Positions 25,935 through 37,192 of a stretch of DNA of 64,000 bases are shown here, in pieces. The stretch's first letter is position 1; each line of letters opens with the position of its first letter. The DNA is taken from NCBI RefSeq assembly GCF_000143415.4, contig NW_003314262.1, positions 2,654,603-2,718,602 on the forward strand. Reading direction: 5' to 3'. Position numbers and translations under genes: made by a program. The notes beneath the pieces are model-generated. The model made no database searches and was not told the DNA's origin. It worked only from the letters and a program-made list of their open reading frames with translations. The DNA is from Selaginella moellendorffii. Lineage: Eukaryota; Plantae; Lycopodiophyta.

Positions 25935-27776
25935 TCACTGCGATGGATAGACGCATGTCCCATAACCTGGAAAAAGAAAAAATAACCAAGAAAAAAAACA
26001 CATCAAATCCATCGAAACTCCATCGATCGATCGATCGATCGAGCGAGAAACCCCAAAACTTACTTGGATCCGACACCGTGAGGAGCGCATTGTTGTTAAA
26101 GTAGCAGTTCCAGAAGTTCCGCCCGTGCTTGTGGAAGTAGCTGTTGAACGCAAACGACGAGTGCGACTCGAGCGTGTCCGGCTGGAAGCAAGCGCCGCTC
26201 CCTTGAATCGAGCCGCAATCCGCGCCGCCCTCGCCGCACGCGAAATTCAGCGCCGCCTCCAGCGATCCCACGGGCGACCCGGGCTTGGATATACACCAGA
26301 TTCGCGGCCCGGTACCACCACCGCCACCACCACCGCCGCCACCGCCGCTAGGAGGCTGGTAGCTCGGTGGCGGCTGGTAGGCCGGCGTTGGGGGAGGCTG
26401 GTAGACCGGCGTTGGGGGAGGCTGGTAAGCCGGCGTTGCGGGCGGTACCTGGTACAGTGGCGGGCTGTGGTAGTAGGGCGCCGGCGGGGGCTCGTCTGGC
26501 GAGGGGTAGGGATGAGCTGGCGGCTGAGGTGGCGGCGGCGGGAACACGTTGGCGTAGCGCTGTCCCCCCTTGAACAGCCCGATATCATACACCACCGACA
26601 TGTCGGGCTTGAAGAGGCCGAAGTTGCGCTCGGTGGTCGGGCCGGGCTTCTGGTTCTCGTTGAAGAGCGCAAAGATGTACGTGTCCATGAGCTTGCCGTG
26701 TCGCATGGGCGTGCCCATGGACGTGACGTGGGCGATGAGGTTGCGGTTGTAGACCATGGCATTGTTGACGCTCACGCCAAACTCGGTCGGGTCGCCCGCC
26801 GACGGCCACCCGGTCTCCGACACCACGATCCCGATGTCCTGGAACCCTAATTTCGCCATGGCCGAGTACACCGCGTCCACCTGGGCGTCCATGAGGTTGT
26901 AGTAGCGCAGCTTGGTCTTTGGATCCACCACGCCGGCGTTTGGGAGGAAGAGGGCGTAGGCGAGCGTGATGTTTAGCGGCGAGCTCTTGTACGCGAAGTA
27001 GGGGTATGTGTTGACCATGAACGGCGACCCGGTTTGACTGAGGAACTGGAGCATGGGCTTGATGACGTGAGAGACCAGGTCCGTACGGAATGCGCCCGAG
27101 GAGGGCGGGTAGCTGGAGGAGAGTACGGACAGCGAATGCGGGGTGGAGACCTTTACCTGGTTGTCGATCCGGAGCGTGACCAGCGCCGAGTGGATGTTCT
27201 GCATCACGGGCACGATCCAGCCGTTGATCTGGTCGTCGTTCCCGGCCAGAATCTCGTTGCCGACCAGGATGGTCCGGATCTGCGTGGCCGGGAGGTAGCA
27301 CGCGACGTTCTCGTTGACCCATTTCTGGGCGGCGTGGGCGTCGAGTAGCGAGTGAATCTGCTCGTTCTTCACCATCACCGTGAACTCGATGCCGGTGTTG
27401 GCGAAGGCCTCGATGATGGCGGCATTGGTGTCGTAGATCTTCACCTTGGTGATGGTGGTGGACTGGACGAGCTCGCGGACCCTCTGCGGCGTCGGGAGGT
27501 TGTTCCCGAGCTGGCCGTAGTTGATGCCGATGTTGCTGTAGGTGCAGCAGGGATTCGCGGAGGGAGCGCTGGGAGGAAACGCTGCAAGAGAAGCGATCGA
27601 TCATGAAGCTCAAGCTCAAGCTGTGAATCCAAGCAATGCCATTCTATTGCAATGCAGCAGGAGAGATTCCAAGAGTGGGACTTACTCGAAGAGATCGTAG
27701 AGAAGGACGTGAGTAGCAGCAGTGTGGCGAGGAGAAGAGCCGGCGGCCTCCTCTTTTCGCGAGCCCCTGGCGCCAT
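25935..27776 (-). CDS. Glucan endo-1,3-beta-glucosidase (GH17) with Pro/Tyr-rich linker and X8/CBM43 domain
   Basis: Signal-peptide exon, IGINYGQLGNNLP, ILVGNE, VSETGWPS, FALFNENQKPGPTTERNFGLF, WCISKP...ACGEGGADC (X8), last exon GYGTCVYPSQ*. Confidence 0.95.
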
Positions 27777-28708
27777 AGCCCGAGCTCGATTGGAAGAAGA
27801 GCTCTCTATTCTATCCTAGACAAGAGAAAAGAGGGAGAGCTCTGCCCTCTTCTCTTCTTCCTTTCGAACAGAGAGAAGAAGGGCTAGGATCTCACTGTCC
27901 GAAAGAAGAGCTCCCCTTCTCTCTCTTTCTTATGTACGCTCCTCTGCCATTAAATGCAGGTGTATGTGGAAGCGTACGCTTTTACGATACACATACGGTC
28001 GGTCGTATGCTTGGGTAAAAGAGAATCTTACCCCAAAACACAAAGGCTAAGCGCGCGGCGACAAGGAGATTTCTCCACACTGATGGTACGAAGGGTAGAA
28101 TCTAGCCACCCCCGAGTGTACGGAAGCGCGGGGAAATCCATCATTTGGAATCAAAGTAACTTTTGAGTATCGTGTGTTGGTAAAATTTTGTTTCACAAGA
28201 AAGCGAAGATCCCTCTTTCTCTTTCCTTTTGGTCTTTTGATAGATTTGGAAAAGCTTGAAGAGTCGGATTTGCGTTTGGATTGGCCAGGAAAGCTGCGCG
28301 TACGGCATTAAACAATGGAGTACGGAAGGGGCAGTAACAAATCGGGCAATTACACGATACTCATGAAAATTACGTGACAAGCGCGCACCCATTGCCACGC
28401 CCCTTCCCTCATCTAGTCGTTTGATAAGAACAAAAGGATAGTAATATTTTTTACTGTCATAGTATAGAGGGCCCTATAGAACAGTGCCACAATGTGGGAC
28501 CTTACACAACGGCTCTTAGAAAAATGTACTCTTTGTGGATAGTAAAAACCATGACAAAGACCCTCGGTAAAACTCGACTCGAGCATGTCATATCATCCTT
28601 CTCCTGACACACGCTGGCAGCTGACATGCGAGGCAGGGGCAAAAGTAGTCACAGGTTCGAACCTCCTCTCACAAACCGACAAACGTACCAGAGCTCAACT
28701 CTATATCA

Positions 28709-30252
28709 TCACGTAGCCTGGTACTTGCAGGCTCCATAACCTGCGAGATTCCACCCGAATCAAAAGATCCACTTGAAGAACATCGATGAGAAACTTACTT
28801 GGGTCTGTGATGGACAGCATTCCAACTCCAGCGAAGTAGCAATTCCAAAAGTTCCTGCCGTGCTTCTGGTAGTACGCATTGAACGCGTACGAGGCGTGCG
28901 AGTTGAGCGTCTCCGGCGTGTAGCATCCGCCCCCTCTTTGGATCGCCTGGCAATCCGCGGACCCTTCTCCACACGCGAAGTTCAACCCCTTGAGAAGCAC
29001 CGAATCGTCGGCATTGGGCTTTGCAATGCACCAAATGTGCCTGTTCGTCGACCGAGGAGGTGGAGGAGGAGGAGAGCTCGGACTGGAGCTCGGACTCGGA
29101 GAGCTCGGACTGGAGCTCGGGCCCGGAGAGCTCGGACTCTTTAACAGCCCAATATCGTACACCGCTGTACCGTCCGAGGTGAAAAGCCCATAGTACTGCT
29201 CGGACACCGGCCCCGGCTTCTCGTTCTCGTTGAAGAGCGCGAAGATAAACACGTCCACGCTGGCGTTTGGGCGGGCCGGGGTGCCCACGCCGGACGCCAC
29301 GTAGTCCACAAGGTTGCTGACGTAAGCCCGGGCGTTTGTGAGGTTCGCCCCCGGCTCGTCACTGGCACCCCGGGACGGCCACCCGGTCTCGGAGATGGTC
29401 ACCGCCACGTCATGGACGCCCAGCGCCTGCATTGCCGCGTACGTGGCGTCCAGCTGGGCGTCCAGAAGGTTGGTGTAGCGCAGCTTCGTCCGGGGGTCCA
29501 CTATGACATTGCCGGGACGCAAGAGGGCGTAATTCAGTGACACGTGGGCGGGATCGTTATGATATGCGAAGTAGGGGTAGGCGTTGATCATGAGCGGCGA
29601 GCCGGTCTTGGAGAGGAATTGGAGGAGGGGGATTATGACTTGGAGGAAACTCGGGCGGAAAGTCCCCGAGGATGGGGGGTATGACATGGCGAGGACGGCG
29701 AAGGAGTGGGGAGTGCTTATTTTGATGCGATCGTGGAGGCCGAGCGACGCGAGCGCGGCGTAGACATTGTTGATGCACGGCATGAGAAAGGAGGAGAAGG
29801 ATCCATTGGCGATGGTGAGAGCTTCGTTGCCCGCGGCGATGGCGATGATGTTCGTGTGGGGGAGGAAGGCGACGATGTGCTGCTTCACCCAGATGGCCGC
29901 GGCGGTGGGATTGCTGCCCAGCGATTCCAGCTGCTCGTTGGGGATGCCCACCACGATCGAGACGCCGGAGCCCGCGAAGGCGTGGAGGACGCTGGCGTCG
30001 GCGTCGTAGAGCTTGATCCTGGCGATGGAGGTGGAGGAATTGACGAGATGGGCGACCTGATCCGGCGATGGGAGATTGTTTCCAAGCGTCCCATAGTTCA
30101 CTCCCACCACTGACGTTGCTTCTACCGATCGCCCAACTGAGAGAAAAGCATCCATCGACCGATCGAAAGATAAAAAAGGAAGCTCTACCTTGGATGACGA
30201 ACAAGACGATTGCGATGATGATCACTCCTCTCGACATAGGCGCTCGTGGCAT
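28709..30252 (-). CDS. Second tandem GH17 glucan endo-1,3-beta-glucosidase with Ser/Pro linker and X8 domain
   Basis: VGVNYGTLGNNLP, AAGNE, ISETGWPS, FALFNENEKPGPVSEQYYGLF, WCIAKP...ACGEGSADC. Same exon layout as its neighbour. Confidence 0.95.
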
Positions 30253-30586
30253 TTTCTCGCGATAGAGAATAAGTAGAATATACCACGGTCATTGTCCATT
30301 GCTGCGTGTATTTACCTCGCGGCCACTGCCACGCTGTCAGCTACATTGTAAGAATCCCAAAGTAGCCCTCTTAACGGTCGGAAATTACACGAAGCCCTAA
30401 TATTTTAGGGCAAGCCTAAGGGTGAAAAGGCCGGGTATATTCTCGCACCATTATGAAACTAACCACGGTTTGGAGAGTTTCGTAAGGAGCTGGCAGTTAC
30501 TGTGACCACGAATGTGGTACTGCCACGTGTAGCATTTCACAGTGCTGTGAAATTGGGGGTTTGGTTGTGGAAATTAGGGCTCTTGG

Positions 30587-31249
30587 ATGGACTGGAATGG
30601 CTCGTGCTGGACACTCGGTTAGAAGAAATCAAAGCAAGAAGGGGAGGTTACCAGCGGTTATTTGTTTTGATTTTGCAGAGAATGCAAGCAATCCACACCC
30701 GGCACCGTCACCTCAACTCGTGGAGCTCGAGAAAGCTTTGGCTGCGGCAATAGACAAGGTAAAAAGGAAAACGATATCAAAGAAAACCCCAAAGAAGCTC
30801 TGGTTCGATCCAAAAGCTTTTGCTCTTCTTCTTTCCTTGGTTTTCTATTCTAGCTTTGTTGGTCAGACGGAAACTCTCTTTCGCGTGTTTAGATCGAGCA
30901 AGGCGAGCAAGGTGAGGCGCTTCTTCCAATTGTTTCCACTACATCCTGGATTTTGATGGATAGACTTTCCAGGAGCAGCAAGCGAGGTCAAGCGATTCGG
31001 AGGCACACACGAGATGCTCCGGAGTATCAATCGAGACGAGGAGTCGAAGGAACAGCAGTCGAAACTCGCGACGGCAAAGCCTCCAGGTTTGAGAAGAACG
31101 AGAGAAAAACTCCATACTGTTTACTTTCTCCAATCCAGGACGATGAGCACCAATCCAATGGATCCGGAGAGGGTCTGTTGCTCGCTGTGAATAAGTTCCT
31201 GTCCGCAAAAGAAGCCCACCAACATCACCACCACCACCACCATCACTGA
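30587..31249 (+). CDS. Hypothetical small spliced protein ending in poly-His
   Basis: Five exons with phase-compatible GT-AG introns give MDWNGSCWTL|ENASNPH...LEKALAAAIDK|TETLFRVFRSSKASK|EQQAR...SLQ|DDEHQ...AHQHHHHHHHH*. Confidence 0.45.
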
Positions 31250-31702
31250 ACACTCAGAGGAGAACGAAGCTCTCTCGACTGTAAAAATTAGGAGCAAAGA
31301 AACACAACGCAACTCACAACAAATACGCGAGGCGGTACTTACTCGAGTTCTTTGCTGGGAGGAAAAACTTATAAAACTTATCACTGTTTCATTTCCTTGC
31401 AAAGCTTTGAAAGAGTAGAATCACTGTCCCCTTCCCTGATAAAAACAATGGAAAGGGATTAGTGAGCACTGTCAAAACTATCTCAAAAGCTTACCAGGCG
31501 ATTGGTTCCTCGTTCCCTGTAGTTGCTTTGCCTCGAAGAAGGAATTGAGTTACGGGAAAACGAAACTATGTTATGTACGTAGCGAATGCAACAATGGCAA
31601 CGAGAGTAAAGCGTCTCTCCAAGAAAGAAAGAAGCCATAGCATGAAACTACAGGAAAGGGAAAAATTTACCATTGCGTTTCCTTCTTTGCTGTACTGTGA
31701 CT

Positions 31703-32560
31703 TCAGAGGTTTTGTTGGAGTCCTTGCTTGGGAGGGACGATTGCACGAAACACTCCTTCTTTCCGCTCAAGCTCCCGCATTCTCTTGGGCGATGGCGGTG
31801 GCGAAAGCTCTGGAGGAGAAGACGCATGCGACGATGCTGCTCCCTCTCGGCGTGTTTTTATCGGGGGAGGCGCTTTGTCGAAAGCATAGCCCTGGGAGCA
31901 AAAGGACGAAGGCAAAAACGTATCAAACTTGCAAAGAATAATATGAAAGTTCCCCGCAACGCAGAGGAATACAAGTATACAAACCTCTACAGGGCGTTTC
32001 CCGGGAGACGGCGATGTTGTGTCATCGTCTCCACTTTGAGAGTTTGCTTTGTCCACGGCGCATTTGCTAGCCTCATCAGATGACTGCTGCGTTAAAGAAG
32101 AAACAACGTCAGCGTGTCGCTGTCGGCGAGCTATTTAATTCAAAGCGAAAGTTTTACCGGAAAATCCTTTGGATGTGCCGAGCTCTCTCCTTCGACATCA
32201 CTCGGGCCATCGGGCTCAGTCGAAGTGTGATCGCCTGGAAAAACAACGACACGCACCAACCAAAAAATCGAAATTCTTCCTCTCGAAAAAACGCAATTTT
32301 TCTACCTCCTTCAAGGTCCTTGGATGGCTTTGCTTCTTTTTTCGTCCCCTCCATGCTCAATTGTCGCTAAAACCAGAGGCTTTAGAGGAAACTAGCGTGC
32401 AAGAAAGCCCAAAAAAAAGGGGAAAATTGTTTTCTAGAAGAAGAAAAAAAAAAACCAGAGAAGCTACCTCAGCTCGATGGCAGCAGCATTGTGAACTAGC
32501 CAACTCCGGCCATTGAGTGTTGGATCTTTCCGGCAAAGGAGCTCCCTCGGGAATGCGGCT
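31703..32560 (-). CDS. Hypothetical low-complexity spliced protein
   Basis: Phase-compatible exons RQLSMEGTKKEAKPSKDLEG|GDHTSTEPDG...KDFP|QSSDEASK...KRPVE|GYAFDKAPPP...; both termini are uncertain. Confidence 0.4.
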
Positions 32561-32749
32561 ATCCTGCGAATTCAGTACCTTCAAAGCCCTAGAGCAATCA
32601 CCACTCAAAACCACCCTCTCTCACTCACACACACAGCAAAGCCCAAGCGCTATGGCCTGCCCAAGAAGACGATCACTGGCCAGACCAAGCACCAAAATCC
32701 CGACGAAGGCGCCATGACACCATAACCCAACTCACCCAAGCCTGACGAG

Positions 32750-32752
<3 letters not shown>

Positions 32753-32792
<40 letters not shown>
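32753..32792 (+). repeat. (CT)n microsatellite
   Basis: Uninterrupted ctctct run of about 40 bp. Confidence 0.9.
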
Positions 32793-32793
<1 letters not shown>

Positions 32794-33149
32794 AAGGACC
32801 CTCCTTTCCACACCGCTATAGCAAATAGCAAACCAACGGTTCCGATGCGGTGGCACCGGACGTGGCGAGCCACACGCCGTTGATTCTTGCAAGATCGTGG
32901 GAGGTCACTCTTTTCTCTCGTGGATTTCAAGGGAGAATGCCTGCCTCAAGAACAGACAGATTGATACGAGGATTATAAAAAAGATATCCACTTATCTGGA
33001 ATGCAGCCAGCCAGTAACGATCGCATCCAGAATTTAAAGGGCTGCCAGATCTTGCACAAGCCGTTTTTCGTCGAAGAGCTCCCGCCATTAAAACACCAGA
33101 CGGAGATATGGATTGTTCTTCCCCCTTCGCAGCACTGTGTATGGATCAA

Positions 33150-35245
33150 TCAGTCTGTCCAAGAAAGGCGTTATGAGAGTTCGCGAGGAAGGCAAAAGGT
33201 GGAAAGTTTTTAATCCAGGTTACCTTGAGCATCGCCCTCGTTCTTCTTCGGCTCCACAATGAGCTTCTCGCCAGGTTTCCTTGGAAACCTCACACTTGGC
33301 GCCTTGTCAATGCAGCTAAAGAAGTACTCCACATCATCGATCGTCCGGAGATACTCATTCTGGAGTACAAAGAAGAACCGATGAGAGAATCAACAGCCGC
33401 AGAAAAATCTCACCTTCACTGCCTTGAACCACTCCTTTTCAAAATCTGGTCGCGAGTTAAAAGTTCCTAGAGGTTCTCGGTACCAATCAGCCTGGTAAGT
33501 CAAGGCGTCCATAACTTTCTCAATATTGATGAAATCCTTTGGCCGCAGAGCGGGACACAGCTTCATAAGTTTCTTCCTGTGGCAAGACAACAGAAAACGT
33601 TTCAACTGTACTTGGCGCGAATCAAATAAAAGCTCACCTCATGTGGTAGGAAATGAATTTGTCCGGCATTGTTTCCGAAAACCTGTTTAAGTGGTCTGAG
33701 AGCTGAGAGCCACCGGCCCAGAGGAAGACAGTGTGTGTAGGCTCACGCTCTCCAGGCCAAACACCTCCATTTAGCCTCAGCACTGCCCTCTGCCGCTCAC
33801 GGTCCTCGAGAGCCTCGTTCTGGAGCTGCTGGAGAGTCTTCGGCTCGTGTCCTTTCCTCGGAGTAGTCAGTGGAATGCCTCTAGACAGCTTGTAAACCAG
33901 AGCCAATCCTAGAGTAACCATCTTGACTGCATACAAGAGAAGATGAATGGAAAGCTACGAAAAAGGAGGATATAACTTACTGTCCCAGCGATTGATGCAT
34001 CGTTCGAGACCATAAACCATCCCAATTGGAGCCCATTCGTCCATATCCTCTCCCCAGATAAATGTGTTCTTGTCGATCAGGCCACCAGCCCATGCAGTTT
34101 GCATGTTGACAAGCTCCATCGGACCTCTTGTCCTGCCAAGGCGATCCTTATAGTACCATCCTCCCGACCTCATTGTGACTGGAAAACCAAAAAGAAAATG
34201 TTAAGAGTAGAAAGAGCGGACATCATTCATGGTGAAAACTCGCAACACAATAAGCAAAACGCTGAGAAGAAACTTAGAGATCACTTACACACGACTCTCA
34301 TACAAATAACACGAAGTATCTCATTGTGACTGGAAAAAAAATGTAAGAATAGAAGAAAAGCGCATGATAAAAAACCTCCAAAAAGCAAAACGCTGAGACG
34401 ATCTAACAAAGAAACTGAGAGATCACTTGCACGACTCCCAGCAAAATACCCACACACGACTCCCAGACATAAAACACGAATCCAGTAACTAAAGATCCTT
34501 TCAACGTTTGCAAGGTCAAAGAACTCAAAACAAGAAAGAGGAAAAAGAAAAACTAGGAAGCGCAGAGAAAGAAGAGCGAGAACTTACAGTCCGCGTAGCG
34601 CTTGTGGAGCCACTTGAATCCAAAGGCCTGTTGCGCATCGATGGGACGATCGGGAGGATAAGGCCGCTGGCGATACCCCCACAACCCAAACAAGTGCTCC
34701 TTGAGAAAATCCATGATCCTTCCGGCGGCCTCATTCTCCCCGCTGAGCGCCTTCCTCACCAGCGGGATCCCCCTCGGCCCAGGAACTGGCGGCAAAGATC
34801 TCCACATCTTGGTATCCTCCTTTCTCGCCGGAGTCGAGTTCCTCTCCATCTCCAGCTCTGTCCATTCCTTCTCCAGCTGCAAGCACCGCTGCTCAAACTT
34901 ATACTCGAAGCTATTCTCCCAAATCTCCTTCATCTTGAGCGCCTCCTCGCGCTCCTCGGGATTCATCTTCTTGAGGGCGTGGCCGAAGGGATCCTTGACG
35001 CGCGCCATCTCCTCTTCCACCTCAGGAGATTTGGTGTAATCCGGCCTGTTCCTCACCTCCCAGCGGTAGCGCTCCATCCGGCGCTTCATGTCGTCGGGAT
35101 GGATCGGGTGCCGCGACTTCCATTCCTCGATCGTCTCGTTGGCGAGCTCGCGCAGCGTCGCCGGCGGCTTCTTCTTCCTCCTGCTCTGCGGCGGAGAGGC
35201 GTCGGATCCAGCGCCACGCCGGAAGAAGGGGATGGGAATGCCCAT
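33150..35245 (-). CDS. TIC56: Chloroplast translocon protein TIC56 (GYF_2 domain; multi-exon)
   Basis: LFGLWGYRQRPYPPDRPIDAQQAFGFKWLHKRYAD|..MRSGGWYYKDRLGRTRGPMEL..AWAGGLIDKNTFIWGEDMDEWAPI; LRLNGGVWPGEREPTHTVFLWAGGSQL. Confidence 0.9.
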
Positions 35246-35689
35246 CCCTGCCGCAAAACCCTAAAATGTGGGGTTTATAAACCTTAGCCTTAAATGGGTA
35301 ATCATTCTAGCTTGGGATTTCTACAAGAGTGTGTACTCCACAAGCTCGTGAATGATCTCAAATGAGGTGGTTAGGGCATGACATGGATTAGACCAAGTGG
35401 CACAATTACAACGCATGCTAAAGGATAAGATTGGGAAGCAGTGTTTTGAGGATTCTGTGTTTAATAGCATTTCTAGAGTATAAGAGTGTTTTGTTGCTTA
35501 CTTACTATTTTGAGTGTGGCTTGGATTGGTGAGCTAGAGACTAGGTGACAGATATTTCACACCATATGGCTCGAGTGACAAGTTTGTTCTGTGCACATTC
35601 TAGGGCAGTACAAGATATTTAAACTATTACTGTACATCAAGAAGATAAAGAGTGATTCATAATTTATTAACATTAGATATAATATAATA

Positions 35690-36180
35690 TATATGAAAGA
35701 AGTAAGAACGCAAAACATGAGGATTTATATTTTAATAAATTTATATATATATATATATATGAAAAACCCAATATTGCATGCAAATGACTATAAATCAGAA
35801 AAAGTAGAACATTTTTTTAAAAAAAGAATGGCAATGTCATTTGTATCACTAGAAAAAATAAAAAGAAATTACAGATAATAAATTTACATAGAAAACCTGG
35901 AATAAATATACAAAAGTTCATAAAAACTATATACAAAAAATAGATAATAAGAAACCAATAATAATTACAGGAGATTTCAATATTGACTATCAGAAAGAAG
36001 AAGCAATAATGGAGAAAGAAGGATACATATAAATAATAAAATACATACACATTATAAGAAACTAATAGATCATATATGGATGAAAGATATAATATATACA
36101 AAAACATGGATAGCACCAACATACTGGACAGATCATAACAAACTATATATCATAATAAAAAATATTTTAAAACAAAATTA
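35690..36180 (+). pseudogene. Decayed APE/EEP-family endonuclease (Helentron/LINE-type)
   Basis: Ordered motifs across frameshifts: IINLHRKPG (~35875-35901), KPIIITGDFNID (~35952-35987), LIDHIW (~36062-36079), TYWTDH..LYIII (~36119-36160). Confidence 0.7.
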
Positions 36181-36370
36181 GATAAAAGACAATCTTCGTT
36201 GTGGTGAAATCATAAGAATGATTATAATATTTTGAATTTTAGAGGGTATTTCATTATTTTATTTAAAAAAAATAATATAAATACTTAGCAAACAATTGCT
36301 ATTTTTAAATTACATAGATTGTAAATGGACAAACTCCAAACTATTGGAATATAGATGTATTAATCTAACA

Positions 36371-37192
36371 TTAGCATAAATAATTTCTCTGTAATATCCA
36401 CCAAATAGTGTTTGGATAATGTGCTAAGGAAATTACTATACTACAATCGTTTTTAATTGTTAAATATGAGGAAATTATACAATTAGGATTATTTGAACAA
36501 TATTTATTAGTTGCCCATAATACTCTTTTATTACTATATAAAACAAGGTTACCATCATTTTGAAGTTTCAATACACAAATATAATTATAATTTATAAAAC
36601 TTTCTGTTTCCCATATCTTTTTATTTTGGAAGAAAAGAAAAATTTGACAATTTGATGTAACCATTAACATAACTTTTCCATTAGGAGAAATTAAATACTC
36701 ATCTTGATAAAGTTTTTGTGGATTATATAATGTATGTTGTTTAAGGTAACATACCGAAGTGAGCCTTTTATTATAAATTTTTGGTAAATTATTAGGAAAA
36801 ACCCATTCTTGAATTAAGTTATATTGTATAAAATATCCTGTATTTTCATTTTCAAATGATGCAGGACAATTAAGTTGTAATTCATTAATATTTGGATAGA
36901 AAAGTCTTTGAAAACCAGCTACTAAACTACTACCTCTAAAAGTTTCTTCATTTGAACATTCATATATTACTTTGATTCTTAAATCTATTATTCCTACAGA
37001 AGTATTAATTAGCTCACCATCTGAAAATTCAGCAGAATATTGATCTTCTTCATTTAATTTTGATATTAATTTTCTAAATATTGTAGCTATTTTAGCTATA
37101 TCTTGAGGATTTAGAATTCCAAATCTTCCAAACTTTGGTTTAGCTATAACATATATTGGAAGACAACATAATATAATAAATAGAGAATTCAT
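36371..37192 (-). CDS. Secreted protein with C-terminal bulb-type (B-) mannose-binding lectin domain
   Basis: Intact 273-aa ORF with hydrophobic signal peptide, LYQDEYLISPNGK, IWETES and LKLQNDGNLVLYSNKRVLWATN (QxDxNxVxY site). Confidence 0.8.
   Translation of the reverse strand: MNSLFIILCCLPIYVIAKPKFGRFGILNPQDIAKIATIFRKLISKLNEEDQYSAEFSDGELINTSVGIIDLRIKVIYECSNEETFRGSSLVAGFQRLFYPNINELQLNCPASFENENTGYFIQYNLIQEWVFPNNLPKIYNKRLTSVCYLKQHTLYNPQKLYQDEYLISPNGKVMLMVTSNCQIFLFFQNKKIWETESFINYNYICVLKLQNDGNLVLYSNKRVLWATNKYCSNNPNCIISSYLTIKNDCSIVISLAHYPNTIWWILQRNYLC

Noticed and set aside
30700-30915. MADS K-box-like exon pattern in the poly-His gene
   Set aside because: Similarity is weak and there is no MADS domain upstream.
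35817-36122. Hydrophobic 101-aa minus-strand ORF resembling a membrane protein
   Set aside because: Artefact of T-richness; the opposite strand carries the APE endonuclease motifs.
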